Shown: positions 61,606-64,000 of the stretch, one piece after another | How the letters are laid out: each line of letters begins with the position of its first letter | Position numbering within the stretch: position 1 is the stretch's first letter | Translations under genes and position numbers: made by a program | From: a virus | Taxonomy: Duplodnaviria > Caudoviricetes | Length of the DNA stretch: 64,000 nt | Reading direction: 5' to 3' (one strand) | IMG/VR virus record: IMGVR_UViG_3300021400_001327 | Coordinates: 43,315-107,314 of that record | The notes under the pieces: model-generated | What the model saw: the letters and a program-made list of their open reading frames with translations, nothing else | Told to the model about the DNA's origin: nothing | Database searches by the model: none

Positions 61606-62514
61606 GTGGAGATACAATCCATTGTATGCACAAATAACTATAGTCAGGCATGCGTTCGGGTAGAGATAGACTATCCACTGCCTACTATCGGTAATATCGC
61701 CACCATGAAACTGACTCGCACTTCGCTGGCCACGGGCTTCGTAAAAACGCTGATTGATAAAGAGGTGACAGACGTCAGTGACCTTGATGTGACCTATGAT
61801 GACCTTGAGGTGCTGAATGGTGTGTCATACCTGTACATTGTGTATATGGCTACGAGCGATAACATTGTCGAGCGCAGCGGTTCGGCGACAGTGACTTGCT
61901 CATTTGAGGGGCTGTCCATCGCCGACGCGACAGGTTCGTGGAAGACTGCGTTCGGCACAAGCTCCAGCCAGTACTCAGAATCCTATAAGCGCAACAGGCA
62001 AGTCCAGTATGTGACAACACTATCGGGCAAATTCCCGCATCGTGTATCAAATAGCGCCAGCAATTACACCACTGGTTCTATCAGCGCCCTCTGGGTGCCG
62101 CTGGGAGAGGCGTGTGGCGAGCCCACGTTCCCAGAAGAGACGAACAAATACAGAGAAGCGTTCATTGAATTCCTCGCGAACGGCAGGGACAAACTCCTGC
62201 GCACAGCAGACGGCAAAGCGTACATCGTATCCATCGACGGTGAGATCACAGAGAACTGGAACCCGGTTGTTAAGCTCTCGACCGTTACATTCAACTGGAC
62301 GCAGATTGGCGAAATCGACAAACCGATATATGTGAGCACTGGTCCCGCGTACGTCAGACCCGATGTTGAGGACGACATTTATGACGCCGACGAGGCGCTC
62401 AGACGCATCGAAGAACTGATTGCGTCGCTTGATGACCGCTACGTGACTCAGCCTCAGATGGAGGCTTATGTCGCTGAGGCGATAGCCGTCCATCCGCCGA
62501 CACTTCAAGAATAA
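61606..62514 (+). CDS. Probable tail/distal-tail structural protein
   Basis: FLANGRDKLLR..DG, TVTFNWTQIG; precedes a tail gene. Confidence 0.55.
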   Translation: MEIQSIVCTNNYSQACVRVEIDYPLPTIGNIATMKLTRTSLATGFVKTLIDKEVTDVSDLDVTYDDLEVLNGVSYLYIVYMATSDNIVERSGSATVTCSFEGLSIADATGSWKTAFGTSSSQYSESYKRNRQVQYVTTLSGKFPHRVSNSASNYTTGSISALWVPLGEACGEPTFPEETNKYREAFIEFLANGRDKLLRTADGKAYIVSIDGEITENWNPVVKLSTVTFNWTQIGEIDKPIYVSTGPAYVRPDVEDDIYDADEALRRIEELIASLDDRYVTQPQMEAYVAEAIAVHPPTLQE

Positions 62515-62526
62515 GGTGGTGATCAT

Positions 62527-62655
62527 ATGCCTACTAATACAACAGAGGCCGACATTATCGCCGAGGCGTTCGATGGCCTGTATGTGACACCCAAAGAGCT
62601 CGAAGACCACGTCGAAGAAGAGCTCGATAAGCACCCGCCGACGTTACAGGAGTGA
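62527..62655 (+). CDS. 42-aa protein duplicating the C-terminus of the upstream gene
   Basis: Ends ...YVT...HPPTLQE as does 61606-62514; AAGGTGGTGA RBS. Confidence 0.6.
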   Translation: MPTNTTEADIIAEAFDGLYVTPKELEDHVEEELDKHPPTLQE

Positions 62656-62660
62656 GGCCC

Positions 62661-64000
62661 ATGACGATCACACAAGACGATATCAAAGCCGTGAACCAGC
62701 GAACACATGACGTGATGTATAAGCTGGAAGTGCTGAACGAATACCTGTTCGTAGAAAGCGAGATTACGGCGAGCGCCAGCAATATTACATTCAACATTGA
62801 CGCCGAGAGCGATATGCGGAGAACTGGCACCCTGACGATGCTCGTCGAGGACAAGGCATGGGTCGAAGAGACTTTTGAGATAGGTTGGATGAATAAGTTT
62901 ATCCGATTTAACATTGGTCTCTTATACAATGATGCGTATAGGTGGTACCGACTGGGGACTATGGTGGCGACCAGCGACGCGTTCAACTATGACGCAACGA
63001 CCAAGGAGCTTCAGCTGACGCTCACCGACATCATGGGCATCCTTAACTCGGAGCGCGGCAGTCAGATTGGTACACCGGTGCAGATCAGGATGGACAGCGT
63101 TATCAAAGATGCGCTCGAAGCGACGATTTCCCGCTACTCTATCCTGAAAAGGGCAGAGATTGCTGACTTCCCTGATGTGATTCCATACGACCTTGACTTC
63201 GCCGAGGGCGCGTATCCGTATGAGATCATGAAGAAAATACTCGACCTCTTCCCTTGGTATGAGCAGTACTTCGATGTGGAGGGCGTCTACCATGCCGACC
63301 AGATACCGATGCGCAAAGATGAGGCTTGCCTGCTGAATGCAGAAGACATCGACGACCTAATCATTTCCGAAAAACGCTCAATCAACTTTAGCGATATCAA
63401 GAACACTACAGAGATTTGGGGCAAGCAACTCAAGTCTGATTACTCGGCGACACAGTGTACGCTGAACGGCTCGACCTACACTCTCGGCTTCCTCGTACAG
63501 CTTCAGACCGTAGAGGCTAACAAAAAGTATTCCTTTACGCCGAACGCGGACTCCCCCGCTTCACCGAGCTTTACGTTCCCGTTGGTCAACGATGGCGTCA
63601 CAAGCACCGAGACATTGCCGATGCTCGACTCGACCGGCGCCGAGCTTGAGGCTGGTGCGCTGTCGGCTGGCAGAACCTACGTCGCGAGATGCATCCTGAC
63701 GACTGTAGACGACCAGCCGGTCAAGAAGCTGTACTTGATGGGGCAGAAAGACATCCATGTCATTGTGCGCGAGATGAACATCCAGCCGACCGTTGATGTC
63801 ATCCGGTACGACAAGTCGCGTAATGCCTGCGAGGATATCCTTTATGTCATCAACCCGGACAGCCCATATGCGTGTGACAGGCCAAACGGCGTTGACCGCT
63901 ACCTGATTCAGGATGGTGAGATCAGGCAAGTCCTGAAGGATGGCGACTACGCTTCGATTTACTCAACATCTCTGGCATACCAGCGCGGTGAGTACGAAAA
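62661..64000 (+). CDS. Tail/baseplate protein (DUF5048-like), runs off the right edge
   Basis: MTITQDDIK..., IDAESDMRRT; frame appears open to the window end. Confidence 0.65.
   Translation, partial: MTITQDDIKAVNQRTHDVMYKLEVLNEYLFVESEITASASNITFNIDAESDMRRTGTLTMLVEDKAWVEETFEIGWMNKFIRFNIGLLYNDAYRWYRLGTMVATSDAFNYDATTKELQLTLTDIMGILNSERGSQIGTPVQIRMDSVIKDALEATISRYSILKRAEIADFPDVIPYDLDFAEGAYPYEIMKKILDLFPWYEQYFDVEGVYHADQIPMRKDEACLLNAEDIDDLIISEKRSINFSDIKNTTEIWGKQLKSDYSATQCTLNGSTYTLGFLVQLQTVEANKKYSFTPNADSPASPSFTFPLVNDGVTSTETLPMLDSTGAELEAGALSAGRTYVARCILTTVDDQPVKKLYLMGQKDIHVIVREMNIQPTVDVIRYDKSRNACEDILYVINPDSPYACDRPNGVDRYLIQDGEIRQVLKDGDYASIYSTSLAYQRGEYE

Overview
The window is a 64-kb slice of a large SPbeta-like phage or prophage, probably infecting a Firmicute (Clostridia-like RBS and sigma-A promoters). 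The left arm (1-17.7 kb, minus strand) carries a tyrosine recombinase, small hypothetical genes, a YonO-like single-subunit RNA polymerase split by a group I intron exactly in its catalytic DFD|GD motif, and a ClpP, PhoH, phosphoesterase, terminase and portal block. Non-coding segments at 14.3-18.4 kb include an AT-rich inverted-repeat mosaic, a G-rich tract and a probable large structured RNA. The right arm (plus strand) has about 40 small early genes and a fragmented C5 DNA methyltransferase with an HNH gene overprinted inside it. It continues with a replication module (ERF, SSB, nuclease, primase-helicase, and DnaE with a second, HNH-bearing group I intron), nucleotide metabolism genes (thyX, nrdH/D/G, dut), an ArgR-like regulator and tail genes. 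The strongest candidate for an undescribed system is two AT-rich arrays of mini-cassettes (37.5-39.2 kb and 57.3-60.0 kb). Each unit is bounded by a palindromic (T)TAAA-N6-TTT(A) site that doubles as stop codon plus Shine-Dalgarno. One cassette occurs in both arrays, and several cassettes are tRNA-shaped non-coding RNAs with variable inserts. All calls come from manual reading and motif recognition; no searches were run.
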